DNA of 64,000 nt, from positions 608,001-672,000 of the forward strand of contig CBDCTH010000012.1 in assembly GCA_965222155.1 (NCBI GenBank), given 5' to 3'. The notes beneath the pieces were generated by a model. That model worked only from the letters and a program-made list of their open reading frames with translations. It was not told the origin of the DNA and did not search any database. The DNA comes from Gammaproteobacteria bacterium (GTDB lineage Bacteria > Pseudomonadota > Gammaproteobacteria > Eutrophobiales > Eutrophobiaceae). The translations under genes were made by a program, and so were the position numbers. Shown here one piece after another: positions 49,555 to 59,223 of this stretch. The stretch's first letter is position 1. Every line of letters begins with the position of its first letter.

Positions 49555-49977
49555 ATGAATACAAACCTGAGCTGGGCAGGTGGGGCCGCTTTTATCGGCG
49601 AGTCGGAAAACGGCCGGACAATCGTCATTGACGGACCGCCCGAAGGAGGAGGCAAAAACCTGGGACCGCGTCCCATGGAGACCTTGCTGTTGGGGATGGG
49701 GGCTTGCACGGCTTACGATGTGCTGTCCATGCTGAAAAAATCTCGCCGCCTAATCAGCGATTGTAAAATTGAAATCTCTTCAAAGCGGGCGGGTGATCAC
49801 CCCAAGGTATTCACGGAGATAAGCGTTCATTTCATCATTACCGGAGACAATCTCAAGGATACGCAGGTTGAGAGGGCAATCAACCTGTCTGCGGAAAAAT
49901 ACTGTTCCGCGTCAATCATGCTGGGCAAGACAGCAAAGATAACGCATACCTATCAAATCAAACAAGCAGAAGCCTGA
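49555..49977 (+). CDS. OsmC family protein (YhfA-like)
   Basis: GPRPME.LL.GMGACTAYDV and AINLSAEKYCSAS motifs. Confidence 0.93.
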   Translation: MNTNLSWAGGAAFIGESENGRTIVIDGPPEGGGKNLGPRPMETLLLGMGACTAYDVLSMLKKSRRLISDCKIEISSKRAGDHPKVFTEISVHFIITGDNLKDTQVERAINLSAEKYCSASIMLGKTAKITHTYQIKQAEA

Positions 49978-49982
49978 TAGTT

Positions 49983-50071
49983 GGATATTTGGGCTCAGAG
50001 TAAAAATTCTCAGCTATAAACCAGTACCACCTGCCAACCTGAACGCATTTTTACTCTGACCCTAAATATCC
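49983..50071. repeat. REP-like hairpin element, copy 5
   Basis: ggatatttgggctcagagtaaaaa...tttttactctgaccctaaatatcc. Confidence 0.8.
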
Positions 50072-50106
50072 TGGATTCCGGGTCAAGCCCGGAATGGCGC
50101 GGCGTT

Positions 50107-50367
50107 TCAGATTTTCCTGGGGTTGTCCGCCCGGCTGATCGTGAAACTGATAATTTCGTTGTCCTCATCAATGCACAGGATATTATGGCCGGTCCTGGCG
50201 CAGTAGGCTTCGAAATCAATCACTGAATGGGGGTCGGTTGCCTCCACGAACAGGATTTGCCCCGGTTGCATCCTATTCAAGGCCAGTTTTGTCTTCAGGA
50301 CAGGCAACGGGCAGTTCAATCCCTTGGCATCCAGGTATTGATCAAACCTGATTTCTGCATCCGCCAT
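50107..50367 (-). CDS. tusA: Sulfurtransferase TusA family protein
   Basis: LDAKGLNCPLPVLK..ATDP.SVIDF motif. Confidence 0.9.
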   Translation of the reverse strand: MADAEIRFDQYLDAKGLNCPLPVLKTKLALNRMQPGQILFVEATDPHSVIDFEAYCARTGHNILCIDEDNEIISFTISRADNPRKI

Positions 50368-50371
50368 TAGT

Positions 50372-51430
50372 CTAACCTGAGCGCCGCTGTCGTATCGCTT
50401 CAGCAAGTGATTCCAGCACCGGTTCGGTCATCTCCCAGGACAGGCAGGCATCGGTCACACTCAGGCCGTATTCCAGTGATGCCGCATCCTTCAGGGCTTG
50501 TTTCCCTGCTTTCAGGTTGCTTTCGATCATCACGCCGCAAATACGCTTTGAGCCGTCGGCCAGTTGCCGGCAAACGTCTTCCGCAACAACGACCTGGCGC
50601 GTGTGATCCTTATTACTGTTGCCGTGGCTGAAATCCACCATGACCCGTTCGGCCACATCTGCCGCGCGCAATTTTTTGCTTGCGGCCTTTATCGCCGCCG
50701 CAGAGAAATTAGGGCCGCTGGAAGCGCCGCGTAATATAAGGTGACAACAATCATTCCCGGTTGTCGCCACGATCGCAGAGATACCCTGTTTGGTGACCGA
50801 CAAAAAATGGTGCGGGCTTTGTGCGGCGCCGATGGCGTCTATGGCGATTTGTATGTTGCCGTCAGTCCCGTTCTTGAAGCCCACGGGCATGGATAAACCG
50901 GATGCCAGCTCACGGTGGACCTGGCTTTCCGTGGTACGGGCGCCGATTGCGCCCCAGGACACCAGGTCCGCAATAAATTGCGGCGTGATGGTATCCAGAA
51001 ATTCAGATCCGGCCGGCAAACCGATATTGCCCAGGTCTACCAGCAGTTTGCGGGCAATGTGTAAACCGACATTGATCTTGAAACTGTTATCCAGGTACGG
51101 GTCGTTGATTAAGCCTTTCCATCCCACCTTTGTACGCGGTTTCTCAAAATAGACCCGCATGATGATAACCAGGTCATCCTGCAAGCGGTCAGCAGCCTTG
51201 ACCAGGCGGCCGGCATAGTCAAGCGCGGCGTCGGGGTCATGAATCGAACAAGGTCCGACGATTACCAGTAACCGATCATCTTCACCCTTGACGATATTAC
51301 CGGCTGCCAGCCGGGTTTTTGCTATCAGGTTTGACACCTCCTCACTGATCGGCAGTTCTTCCGTCAGGATGGCAGGCGATGTCAAAGGGCGCAGTTCGGC
51401 AATTCTTAAATCATCTGTCAGTTGAAACAT
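50372..51430 (-). CDS. aroG: DAHP synthase, class I-alpha (paralog 1)
   Basis: GPCSIHD, YFEKPRT, GARTTESQVHRELASG and DFSHGNS motifs. Confidence 0.93.
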   Translation of the reverse strand: MFQLTDDLRIAELRPLTSPAILTEELPISEEVSNLIAKTRLAAGNIVKGEDDRLLVIVGPCSIHDPDAALDYAGRLVKAADRLQDDLVIIMRVYFEKPRTKVGWKGLINDPYLDNSFKINVGLHIARKLLVDLGNIGLPAGSEFLDTITPQFIADLVSWGAIGARTTESQVHRELASGLSMPVGFKNGTDGNIQIAIDAIGAAQSPHHFLSVTKQGISAIVATTGNDCCHLILRGASSGPNFSAAAIKAASKKLRAADVAERVMVDFSHGNSNKDHTRQVVVAEDVCRQLADGSKRICGVMIESNLKAGKQALKDAASLEYGLSVTDACLSWEMTEPVLESLAEAIRQRRSG

Positions 51431-51518
51431 TTCGCTAGTTTAATGTGATAACGCAGCCAATCCCCACTGCTTGACGCGCACATGTTGAAATCCAGGGACT
51501 GCACCGGGATGCTGTCTA

Positions 51519-52817
51519 TTATACCCCAAAACTGTCTCTGTTGATGCTGGCATACCAGCTGCGGGCATAGGCGGCCTCCCTGGCGCGATATTCCATGGGG
51601 GCCTTGAGCGGACTTAACCCGCCTGCCCGTTCTATCAATTTTATCCTGTCGTCTTCGTATCGGTACATGGCATTGACGGAGATACCGTAATCCGGCGCGA
51701 CCAGGCTGTAACAGGTATTGTGATAAAACATGGCGCCGGGTTCGCGCTCGCGTAACAGTGAAATGATCGCAAGACTGCAAGCCTTGGCCTGGCTGTTGGC
51801 GGAGGAAGCTGATTTTGGCATGTTGCCGGCGAGGCAACTGTCGCCCAGGACGTGGACGTCGGGGGCAAGGGTGGACGTAAACGTCTTGTGATCAACCGGA
51901 CACCAGCCGGTTTCATCTGTCAGTCCATGGTCGACGGCCAGCCGGCCGGCCTGCTGGAACGGGATAACATTGGCCACGTCAACCTTGAATTCACCTGCCT
52001 CGGCGTGCAGGGACATGTGTTTCGGGTCAATGCGGGTGACTAGGCCGCCGGCGGATATCGGCACGCGTTCAATCATCCCGGGGTATAGCGAATGCCATGC
52101 TTCCTCAAATAAATCCTGCTTGGAAAAATGTTCATTAGCATCCAGAATCAACAGTTTGGCGCGCGGGTTGGCCCGTTTCAGGTAATGCGCCACCAGGCTG
52201 GCTCGTTCATAAGGACCGGGCGGACAACGGAACGGTGTACCGGGGACAACAATGGCAAAGACGCCGCCGGCACGCATCCCGACCAACTGTTTCTTCAACA
52301 ATGTAAGCTGCTCTCCACCGCGCCAGGCATGGGGCATGGTTGAACCGGCCGTTTCATCATAGCCGGTGAAAATGTGGTTCCAGAGAAAACTGATCCCCGG
52401 GGAGATCACCAGCCGCTGGTAGGGCAGGGTAGTCCCGTCCGCAAGTGTGACAGTCCGTTTTTCAGGATGAATTGCAGTTGCCCTGGCGTGGATGATGTTG
52501 ACCCCATAATCCTTTTTCAGGCCGGTGTAGTCCAGGGTAATCGACGCCGCGTCCCGGATACCACCCAGAACGGCGTTGCCGAACGGGCAGGTGTTATACC
52601 GCATCCCGGCCTCGACCAGTGTGACATTGACGTCCGGGTCAAAGTAACGGATATATTTTGCGCAGGTGGCCCCACCGTAACCTCCGCCTATGATAACGAC
52701 CTTTGGCGCTCCATTACCGGCCGGTTTCGAACAGGCCGGAATGACCGATCCAGCAAACGTCGTCAAGGCGCCCGTTTTGAGTACGTCAGAGAGGAAATGG
52801 CGGCGTGTTTGTGGCAT
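51519..52817 (-). CDS. fccB: Flavocytochrome c sulfide dehydrogenase, flavoprotein subunit
   Basis: Tat signal TRRHFL, GGGYGG, FRCPPGPYERAS, MPKSAS.ANSQ and NTCYS motifs. Confidence 0.92.
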   Translation of the reverse strand: MPQTRRHFLSDVLKTGALTTFAGSVIPACSKPAGNGAPKVVIIGGGYGGATCAKYIRYFDPDVNVTLVEAGMRYNTCPFGNAVLGGIRDAASITLDYTGLKKDYGVNIIHARATAIHPEKRTVTLADGTTLPYQRLVISPGISFLWNHIFTGYDETAGSTMPHAWRGGEQLTLLKKQLVGMRAGGVFAIVVPGTPFRCPPGPYERASLVAHYLKRANPRAKLLILDANEHFSKQDLFEEAWHSLYPGMIERVPISAGGLVTRIDPKHMSLHAEAGEFKVDVANVIPFQQAGRLAVDHGLTDETGWCPVDHKTFTSTLAPDVHVLGDSCLAGNMPKSASSANSQAKACSLAIISLLREREPGAMFYHNTCYSLVAPDYGISVNAMYRYEDDRIKLIERAGGLSPLKAPMEYRAREAAYARSWYASINRDSFGV

Positions 52818-52818
52818 G

Positions 52819-53154
52819 TTACTTTGCCGGTTGATAAAACATGCCGCTGATCCCGTCGATTTCTTCGTCGGTCAGCGCCTTGCTGATACGCTTCATGATC
52901 GTTCCCTGCTCCTGGTCTGATTTATAAGAGGTCAACAGTTGTTTTATCCGGGTAGCGGTCAGGCCATCAAGTTTCGGTATCGACACTGCGGCGCGGCTGT
53001 CGTCGCTATGGCAAGTTTTGCAGGTTGCGGCAATTAACCGGAAATAGGTCTTATCCGGAGCTTCCCCCGCGCGCACCGGATTACAGGTAATAAGGAACTG
53101 AAGCAGCGCAACAGCGATATACGGAAATTTATAAAGATTGCGAGGATTTTCCAT
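52819..53154 (-). CDS. fccA: Monoheme cytochrome c subunit of sulfide dehydrogenase
   Basis: CKTCH heme motif, IPKL.G and GTIMKRISK; adjacent to fccB. Confidence 0.85.
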   Translation of the reverse strand: MENPRNLYKFPYIAVALLQFLITCNPVRAGEAPDKTYFRLIAATCKTCHSDDSRAAVSIPKLDGLTATRIKQLLTSYKSDQEQGTIMKRISKALTDEEIDGISGMFYQPAK

Positions 53155-53243
53155 AACAGGAAGAATAAAGCGATTAGCCCGGTAAAACAAATCCTGAACC
53201 GTCATTCCGGCTTTATGGGCCAAGTAGCCAGTAAGATATAAAA

Positions 53244-53735
53244 CTAGAATAAGACGTTGATGGTTTCCATCTCACCTTCGGTATCGATCAGTTCAACTTT
53301 TTTCCGCGAGATTTTAAAATCATTCACCCCGAATTTTTGCAGGTGGTAGAGCATGTTGCCCGCCCAGGTTTTTTGTGTGTTCAGACGATATTCATGCATG
53401 GTGAATTGTGTATGAACAACATAGCTGTTTTTCTCCTCGTCGATATGATCGAGCATAATATTGGCGCTGCTGTGGGCTGTCCGTGATGCCGGGTTTTGCG
53501 CGTGGAGCAGGGGGTGGGCATAACGTCGGCACCTCAGCTCCATACCAATCTTGTTTTCATAAACGATGGACAAAGATTGTCCGGGTGATTCATCAGAATT
53601 GTCCAGCGGTACCCAGTATTCAGCATCATCAGAGAACAGATCCAGCCAGTCGTTCCAACGCTTTTCATCAATACAACGCTGTTCCTTGTAAATGAACTGT
53701 TGAACGAGAAAGGTATCGTTAATCATCGACTCCAT
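53244..53735 (-). CDS. Ring-hydroxylating dioxygenase beta subunit
   Basis: E..CIDEKRWNDWLDLF.DDAEYWVP, RTAH and KISRKKV motifs. Confidence 0.9.
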   Translation of the reverse strand: MESMINDTFLVQQFIYKEQRCIDEKRWNDWLDLFSDDAEYWVPLDNSDESPGQSLSIVYENKIGMELRCRRYAHPLLHAQNPASRTAHSSANIMLDHIDEEKNSYVVHTQFTMHEYRLNTQKTWAGNMLYHLQKFGVNDFKISRKKVELIDTEGEMETINVLF

Positions 53736-53736
53736 G

Positions 53737-55044
53737 CTACACCTCTGCCGTCATCAATTTCTGCCACATTTCATACTGACTGACAAAAGCACGTTCACTA
53801 TCACCTTCACAGTGTATGCCGTTTTCATCTTCGGTAACCGGACGGGCCAGTCCTCTATGCATGCTGACCGGGGCGCCTACATCGCCTTCCAGTCCGTTTT
53901 GTGCCCGAATCATGACTTCATGGTCATCAACGCTGACGAGCGTCGCCGGTGAATCCAGCATCTGTGCATATTCCATGGAGCGTTGCAAGAGCGCGTCAGG
54001 AGCGCCGACCAGGCGAAACACCCAGGATTCGACCACAGTTTTATTTGGTGCAACGGGTTTAAATACACGTATTTTTTGTATCAGGCACTTTACATGCAGG
54101 TTGGGATAGATGCAGGTGTTATGACGTTGCAGCGACAGGATATCTTTAGTTCGTTCTTCACCGTAGGCTTTTTCCAAAGCTTCGGCATAACCGGGTATCT
54201 CGTCATATTGCGAATGGATGCTGACCTTACCGCCGTTATAACTGTGGCCATTGGCAAGTACGGTACAGCCAAAATCACGTATCCATTCTGCTGATTGCCA
54301 AAATGAGCGGGCCATTTCCACCAGTTGCGATGCCGGCTGGTTGGTTTCTTTCAGGTCATTGGAAAATTTGCTGGCGGTCTGTCCAATGGATGGATGGGTT
54401 CCACCTACATGCATACCGTCCACCAGGTTCTCAACCAGCATCTTCCAGTTGCAGTGATTAATCCACTTAAATGGACGTCCCACTACTTCCAGTCGTCCTT
54501 CAGGTGAACGATCCACCAGGTTATCAATGCTGGCCCTGGTGTCACTCAACCAGCTTCGCAGGTCCATCGGCGGTTGCTTCAAAGCGGCGAATATAAATCC
54601 TTGGTAACTCTCAACATGGGGCACGGATACCATCCGGGCGACTTTTTCACAAGCACCGAAACCAGAATTTTCATAGGCATCTTCCAGTGGAATAGCGGCG
54701 ACACTGCCATCCAGATTGAAGCTGTAGTTATGAAAGTTGCACAGGAAGCGATCAATTTTTCCTGCTGCGTTATTCACCAACCTGGAGCCTTTGTGTGGGC
54801 AGCGGTTGTGAAAAGCTCGCAGCTGGTTGGCAGAATCTTTCACCAGTATTACAGGCTTGACGCCAATATCTGTTGCAATATAAGCGCCCGGCTCGCTTAG
54901 CTGACTTTCGTGTCCGACATAGACCCAGGTTGCACCGAAAATTTTCTCCATTTCCAGATTGAATATGCCCTGGTCGGTATATACGCGTCCATCCACTTCA
55001 GCGCTACCAACCAGGGAATTGAGATCAATGCTTGATTTGTTCAC
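53737..55044 (-). CDS. Ring-hydroxylating dioxygenase alpha subunit
   Basis: NRCPHKG..CNFHNY and NWKMLVENLVDGMH..TH motifs. Confidence 0.92.
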   Translation of the reverse strand: MNKSSIDLNSLVGSAEVDGRVYTDQGIFNLEMEKIFGATWVYVGHESQLSEPGAYIATDIGVKPVILVKDSANQLRAFHNRCPHKGSRLVNNAAGKIDRFLCNFHNYSFNLDGSVAAIPLEDAYENSGFGACEKVARMVSVPHVESYQGFIFAALKQPPMDLRSWLSDTRASIDNLVDRSPEGRLEVVGRPFKWINHCNWKMLVENLVDGMHVGGTHPSIGQTASKFSNDLKETNQPASQLVEMARSFWQSAEWIRDFGCTVLANGHSYNGGKVSIHSQYDEIPGYAEALEKAYGEERTKDILSLQRHNTCIYPNLHVKCLIQKIRVFKPVAPNKTVVESWVFRLVGAPDALLQRSMEYAQMLDSPATLVSVDDHEVMIRAQNGLEGDVGAPVSMHRGLARPVTEDENGIHCEGDSERAFVSQYEMWQKLMTAEV

Positions 55045-56642
55045 TGGCCACTCCTTTTTACGGTCAGTCTATCCAACAGCGGGCCCGATATGCAAATCAC
55101 ACTGGGTTTTGGCAACGCGTCGCCGCCCTCGGGCCAGTGGCTGATTAATGCGTCAACGGCATCGGAATCCTCGCCCGGATGCTGCACCGACAGAAACAGG
55201 CTGCGCCCATCCGGGCTGAAGCTGGGGCCGGTCAGTTCGGCCCCCGGAGGTGCGGAGGCCACTTGCAGGGGTCTCCCCGCATGTTTGCCCGACATGGGAA
55301 TATAAAAAAGACCGTTGTTTTTAAATGACCGGTAGGGAGGCCTGTTGATCTCGTAAGATGCGATGTCCGTACACACCCAGAGGTTGCCTTTCGGGTCAAA
55401 GACCAGGTTGTCCGGACAGGCAAACCCGCTGGCGTGACCGCCCGCCAGGAAAGTGGCTGCGACAAACTCGAACGCGGACGGATCATTCTCTTTTTCTTCC
55501 AGCTTGAGGATGGAACCGTAGGGACGGGACGGACTCTTGGTCAAAGTAATAAAGACGGCGCCGGAGTGCGGGTCTCTCTCTATGTCTTCGGGGCGGTCCT
55601 GGGGCGTGCCGCCGACCAGTTTTGCCGCTTCGCGGGTACGAACAAGTAATTCTGTTTGGGTTTTGAACATGTCTTTTAACCGCTTATCCCCGGCCACGTC
55701 CAGGGGCAGCCAGCGGCCTTTATCCGTCGCGGCCACGTACAAGGTTCCGCGTTCCAATGAGCCGGGTTCATCGGCAATAAATTTGTAGATACACTCATCG
55801 GTTTTGTCGTCCCCCATGTAGACCACCGGCCGGCCGTCTTTTGCTTCGGTCACTGTCGCGCCTTCATGGGCAAACCGGCCCAGGGCCGTGAGTTTTTTCG
55901 CCGCGCCGCTGAAGGGGTCGACTTCAACCACCCAGCCGTAGTGTTCGGGAGGATGATCCAGGTAACGTTCCCAACCGATAAGACTGCCTTTCTCATGCTT
56001 GCGTTTACCGGAAGCGAAGCTGACGTCGCCATAAAAAAAATGGAAGTTTTCCTCGCAGGTAAGCACGGTCTGCCAGGGCGTGACGCCGCCGGCGCAATTA
56101 CCCAGGGTGCCGACGGCCGCGCGCGCTCCTTGAATCGGCTGCTCTGAAATAATCGGTATCCGTGTCTTGCCATTGATGCGCCGGTTGTAGTGATCATCCT
56201 GAACCAGGCGCCAGCGCCCGCCTGTTTTGTTAATCCTGATGATACTGCCGCCCACCTCCAGGACTTCCCGTTCAATATCATCCCCGGATTTCTCCATCGG
56301 GTCGCGGGGTGAAGCAAAATAAGCTGACAGGATCTCTTCATGGTTCACCCATAACAGGCCGTCGTATTGATTGCCGTCAATGGGGAAGAACGCGGTATAG
56401 TCATTGTTAAACCCGAAGCGCTCGCCGGCGCGGTTGATCGGGTCCATCCATGACACCAGGATTTCATAGTCAAGACCATCGGCCAGGACCACCTCATCGG
56501 CAGTGCCAGGTGAAATGGGGCGAAAGTCCGTGCTGGCAGAGTCCACCCCGGCAGCAAGCAAGGGTGTCACCGGGTACGTCAGCGCGCCGGCGCCTGCCGT
56601 TCTACCCATGAACCTGAGAAATTCGCGCCGGGACCAGGACAT
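55041..56642 (-). CDS. phoX: Alkaline phosphatase PhoX family
   Basis: Tat signal SRREFL, NCAGG.TPW.T.LTCEEN, GRFAHE, DRPED, PDNL and SVQHPGE motifs. Confidence 0.93.
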   Translation of the reverse strand: MSWSRREFLRFMGRTAGAGALTYPVTPLLAAGVDSASTDFRPISPGTADEVVLADGLDYEILVSWMDPINRAGERFGFNNDYTAFFPIDGNQYDGLLWVNHEEILSAYFASPRDPMEKSGDDIEREVLEVGGSIIRINKTGGRWRLVQDDHYNRRINGKTRIPIISEQPIQGARAAVGTLGNCAGGVTPWQTVLTCEENFHFFYGDVSFASGKRKHEKGSLIGWERYLDHPPEHYGWVVEVDPFSGAAKKLTALGRFAHEGATVTEAKDGRPVVYMGDDKTDECIYKFIADEPGSLERGTLYVAATDKGRWLPLDVAGDKRLKDMFKTQTELLVRTREAAKLVGGTPQDRPEDIERDPHSGAVFITLTKSPSRPYGSILKLEEKENDPSAFEFVAATFLAGGHASGFACPDNLVFDPKGNLWVCTDIASYEINRPPYRSFKNNGLFYIPMSGKHAGRPLQVASAPPGAELTGPSFSPDGRSLFLSVQHPGEDSDAVDALISHWPEGGDALPKPSVICISGPLLDRLTVKRSGQ

Positions 56643-56664
56643 TGTCGGGCTGCCAGGGGGCCTT

Positions 56665-57717
56665 TCAGCGGGACCGGCGCGCTTTGGAGGCTTCGGCCAG
56701 GGAACGTATCAGGTCTTCGGTGTCGTCCCAGCCCAGGCAGGCATCGGTGATGCTCTGCCCGTAGGTCAGCGCTTGTCCCGGGACGACATTCTGCCTACCT
56801 TCCTCCAGGTGGCTTTCAATCATTACACCGAATATCCGATCCTCGCCGTCAGAGATTTGCCGGCATACGTCGGCGCCGACTACCAACTGCTTTTTGTGTT
56901 CTTTCTCACTGTTTGCATGACTGAAATCAACCATGATGCGGGCCGGGAGACCTGCGGCGGACAGCTCGGAGGCAGTGGCGTCAATACTTGCGCGGTCAAA
57001 ATTAGGTTGTTTGCCTCCGCGTAAAATGACGTGGCAGGCATCGTTGCCGGTGGTGGTATAAATGGCTGAATTCCCTTCCTTGCGCAGGGATAAAAAGTGG
57101 TGGGGGTTGCTTGCCGCGCGGATGGCGTCAACGGCGATTTTCACTGACCCGTCCGTTCCGTTTTTAAACCCGACCGGACAGGATAAGCCCGAAGCCAGTT
57201 CCCGGTGTACCTGGCTTTCCGTGGTGCGCGCGCCGATGGCGCCCCAGCTCACCAGGTCAGTGACGTACTGGGGAATGATAATGTCGAGAAATTCAGTACC
57301 GGCAGGGATACCCATTTCGTTCAAGTCGAGTAATAACCCGCGGGCGAGTCGAACTCCTTTATTGATATGAAAACTGTTATCCAGGTCGGGGTCATTAATC
57401 AGTCCTTTCCAGCCCACGGTCGTCCTGGGTTTCTCAAAATACACCCGCATTATGATAAGCAGTTCGTTCCTGTAACTTTCGACCAGCGCCTTGAGTCGAC
57501 CTGCATATTCCTTTGCCGCGTCCACGTCATGAATTGAACAGGGCCCCGCTACCACCAGTAAGCGGCTGTCATCCCGGTTCAGCAGTCCTGTGATTGCCTG
57601 CCTGGTCAGGAAGGTTGTTTCAGCCGCGGTCGCGCTAATGGGGATCTCCTCACAAATCTCCCTGGGTGGCGTAACGGCCTTAATGGAAGCAATCCGTAAA
57701 TCGTCTGTTTCGTACAT
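56665..57717 (-). CDS. aroG: DAHP synthase, class I-alpha (paralog 2)
   Basis: GPCSIHD, YFEKPRTTVGWKG, DFSHANS and YGQSITDACLGW motifs. Confidence 0.93.
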   Translation of the reverse strand: MYETDDLRIASIKAVTPPREICEEIPISATAAETTFLTRQAITGLLNRDDSRLLVVAGPCSIHDVDAAKEYAGRLKALVESYRNELLIIMRVYFEKPRTTVGWKGLINDPDLDNSFHINKGVRLARGLLLDLNEMGIPAGTEFLDIIIPQYVTDLVSWGAIGARTTESQVHRELASGLSCPVGFKNGTDGSVKIAVDAIRAASNPHHFLSLRKEGNSAIYTTTGNDACHVILRGGKQPNFDRASIDATASELSAAGLPARIMVDFSHANSEKEHKKQLVVGADVCRQISDGEDRIFGVMIESHLEEGRQNVVPGQALTYGQSITDACLGWDDTEDLIRSLAEASKARRSR

Positions 57718-57740
57718 GCGATGCAATATCCGGTTTCAGG

Positions 57741-58082
57741 TTATCCCGGCGGCCAGGTGAACGACCGGCCGGCAAGAATGTGCAAATGAAGATGAAATAC
57801 ACTTTGACCCACGCCGGCGCCGTTGTTCACGACCAGGCGAAAAGCCTCTCCGATGTCCTGCTCCAACGCTATCTTATTGGCGCTTAACAGCAGGTGGCCC
57901 AGCAGGGACTGATCATCATCTACGGCATCGATCAGCCTGGCAATGGGTTGTTTCGGGATGACCAGAATATGCACGGGGGCCTGCGGGTTGACGTCCCTGA
58001 ACGCCAGGCATTTGTTATCCTCATAAACAATGTCAGCTGGTATTTCCCGTCTGATAATTTTTGCAAAAATTGTCTCTGTCAT
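57741..58082 (-). CDS. hinT: Histidine triad (HIT) nucleotide-binding protein
   Basis: TIFAKII.REIPA, PQAPVH.L and QSVFHLHLH motifs. Confidence 0.93.
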   Translation of the reverse strand: MTETIFAKIIRREIPADIVYEDNKCLAFRDVNPQAPVHILVIPKQPIARLIDAVDDDQSLLGHLLLSANKIALEQDIGEAFRLVVNNGAGVGQSVFHLHLHILAGRSFTWPPG

Positions 58083-58284
58083 GGTGGTTATTATTCCGAT
58101 TATGGCCCGCCCATTCCTGCGCAAGCAGGAATCCAGTCAGAAAAATTATTCCTTGCTTTCCGAATTCCGGCATTCGACAGAATGATCAAAGAAGATAAGC
58201 GCTTTGGCCACTTACAAAAAAGAGTGCGTATAATAGCAAGGACAGTCCCAAGTAAAAAGCGCTTTGACAGAGAGGTTCTGTTCT

Positions 58285-58737
58285 ATGGAACATTGCGAGC
58301 ATCATCAGGTGAAAACAGGCACTGCCGCAACGGCCGCGACAATAACGCTGCATTGTCTGGCAGGTTGCTCTATCGGTGAGTTCACCGGCCTGGCTATCGG
58401 CGTGCAGCTTGGTTTATCGGTAACCGTTACAGTAATATTAGCGACGCTATTGGCGTTTATCACGGGATTTGCATTGACGTTGTACCCCCTTGTATACCAG
58501 AGATCAATGACATTGGCGCTGGCGTTCAAGACCGTCTGGCTCGGTGAGGTGATCTCGATCGGCGTGATGGAAATCGCCATGAACACCACGGATTACCTTG
58601 TCGGCGGTATGTCCGCTGCCTCAATGATCGACGCGATATTCTGGGTTGGCTTCGCTGCGGCCCTGCTGGCCGGATATATCTGTGCCTACCCCGTAAATTA
58701 TTACATGGTGAAACGTAATATGCCGCGTTGTCATTAG
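58285..58737 (+). CDS. DUF4396 family membrane protein
   Basis: TLHCLAGCSIGE, SI.VMEIAMN and FW..AYPVNY motifs. Confidence 0.85.
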   Translation: MEHCEHHQVKTGTAATAATITLHCLAGCSIGEFTGLAIGVQLGLSVTVTVILATLLAFITGFALTLYPLVYQRSMTLALAFKTVWLGEVISIGVMEIAMNTTDYLVGGMSAASMIDAIFWVGFAAALLAGYICAYPVNYYMVKRNMPRCH

Positions 58738-59114
58738 TGTATTAGATAGACACCCCGAATTCTTTCATAAGCTGCCTTAATGCGTGCTCGTTCTTTACGT
58801 GACAAGGCTACTACTTTATAGACTACTAAATTATTAACATGCATAGCTTTGCTGGCAGTTTCAATCCTGTGTTTATTTTTCTTGAGCTTATACGCCTTCC
58901 TGGTACATTGAGAACGGATCGAACCAACAGCGAATCGCTTTTCAGCAGATGACAAATTGAATTTTGCTGAGACAGATACATCATCAATATACCGGGAATA
59001 ATTTATATTACGTTCAAGAAAAGCATCCACAATATCCGGTTCAACATCCCACAATACAGGATTTGCAAGGTAGCCACTGGATAATGGGTCTACTGTGGTA
59101 TAATGCTTGTACAT
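58734..59114 (-). pseudogene. Reverse transcriptase fragment (retron-like palm/thumb region)
   Basis: SSGYLAN, YSRYIDDVSVS, K.KHRI and HVNNLVV..V.LSRKER.RIKAA; N-terminal RT motifs are missing. Confidence 0.7.
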
Positions 59115-59223
59115 CGTACATCCTGAATTTATCCGATCCTATTCTGGATCACAGGTTTAAATATCATTTACTATTTATTGACTTCATATTACATTTGAAA
59201 ATAATGGTACGTTAACTCAAACC

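Noticed and set aside
49555-50367. OsmC or TusA as selenoproteins, given selBC in the window
   Set aside because: Both have Cys codons at the active sites and no in-frame UGA.
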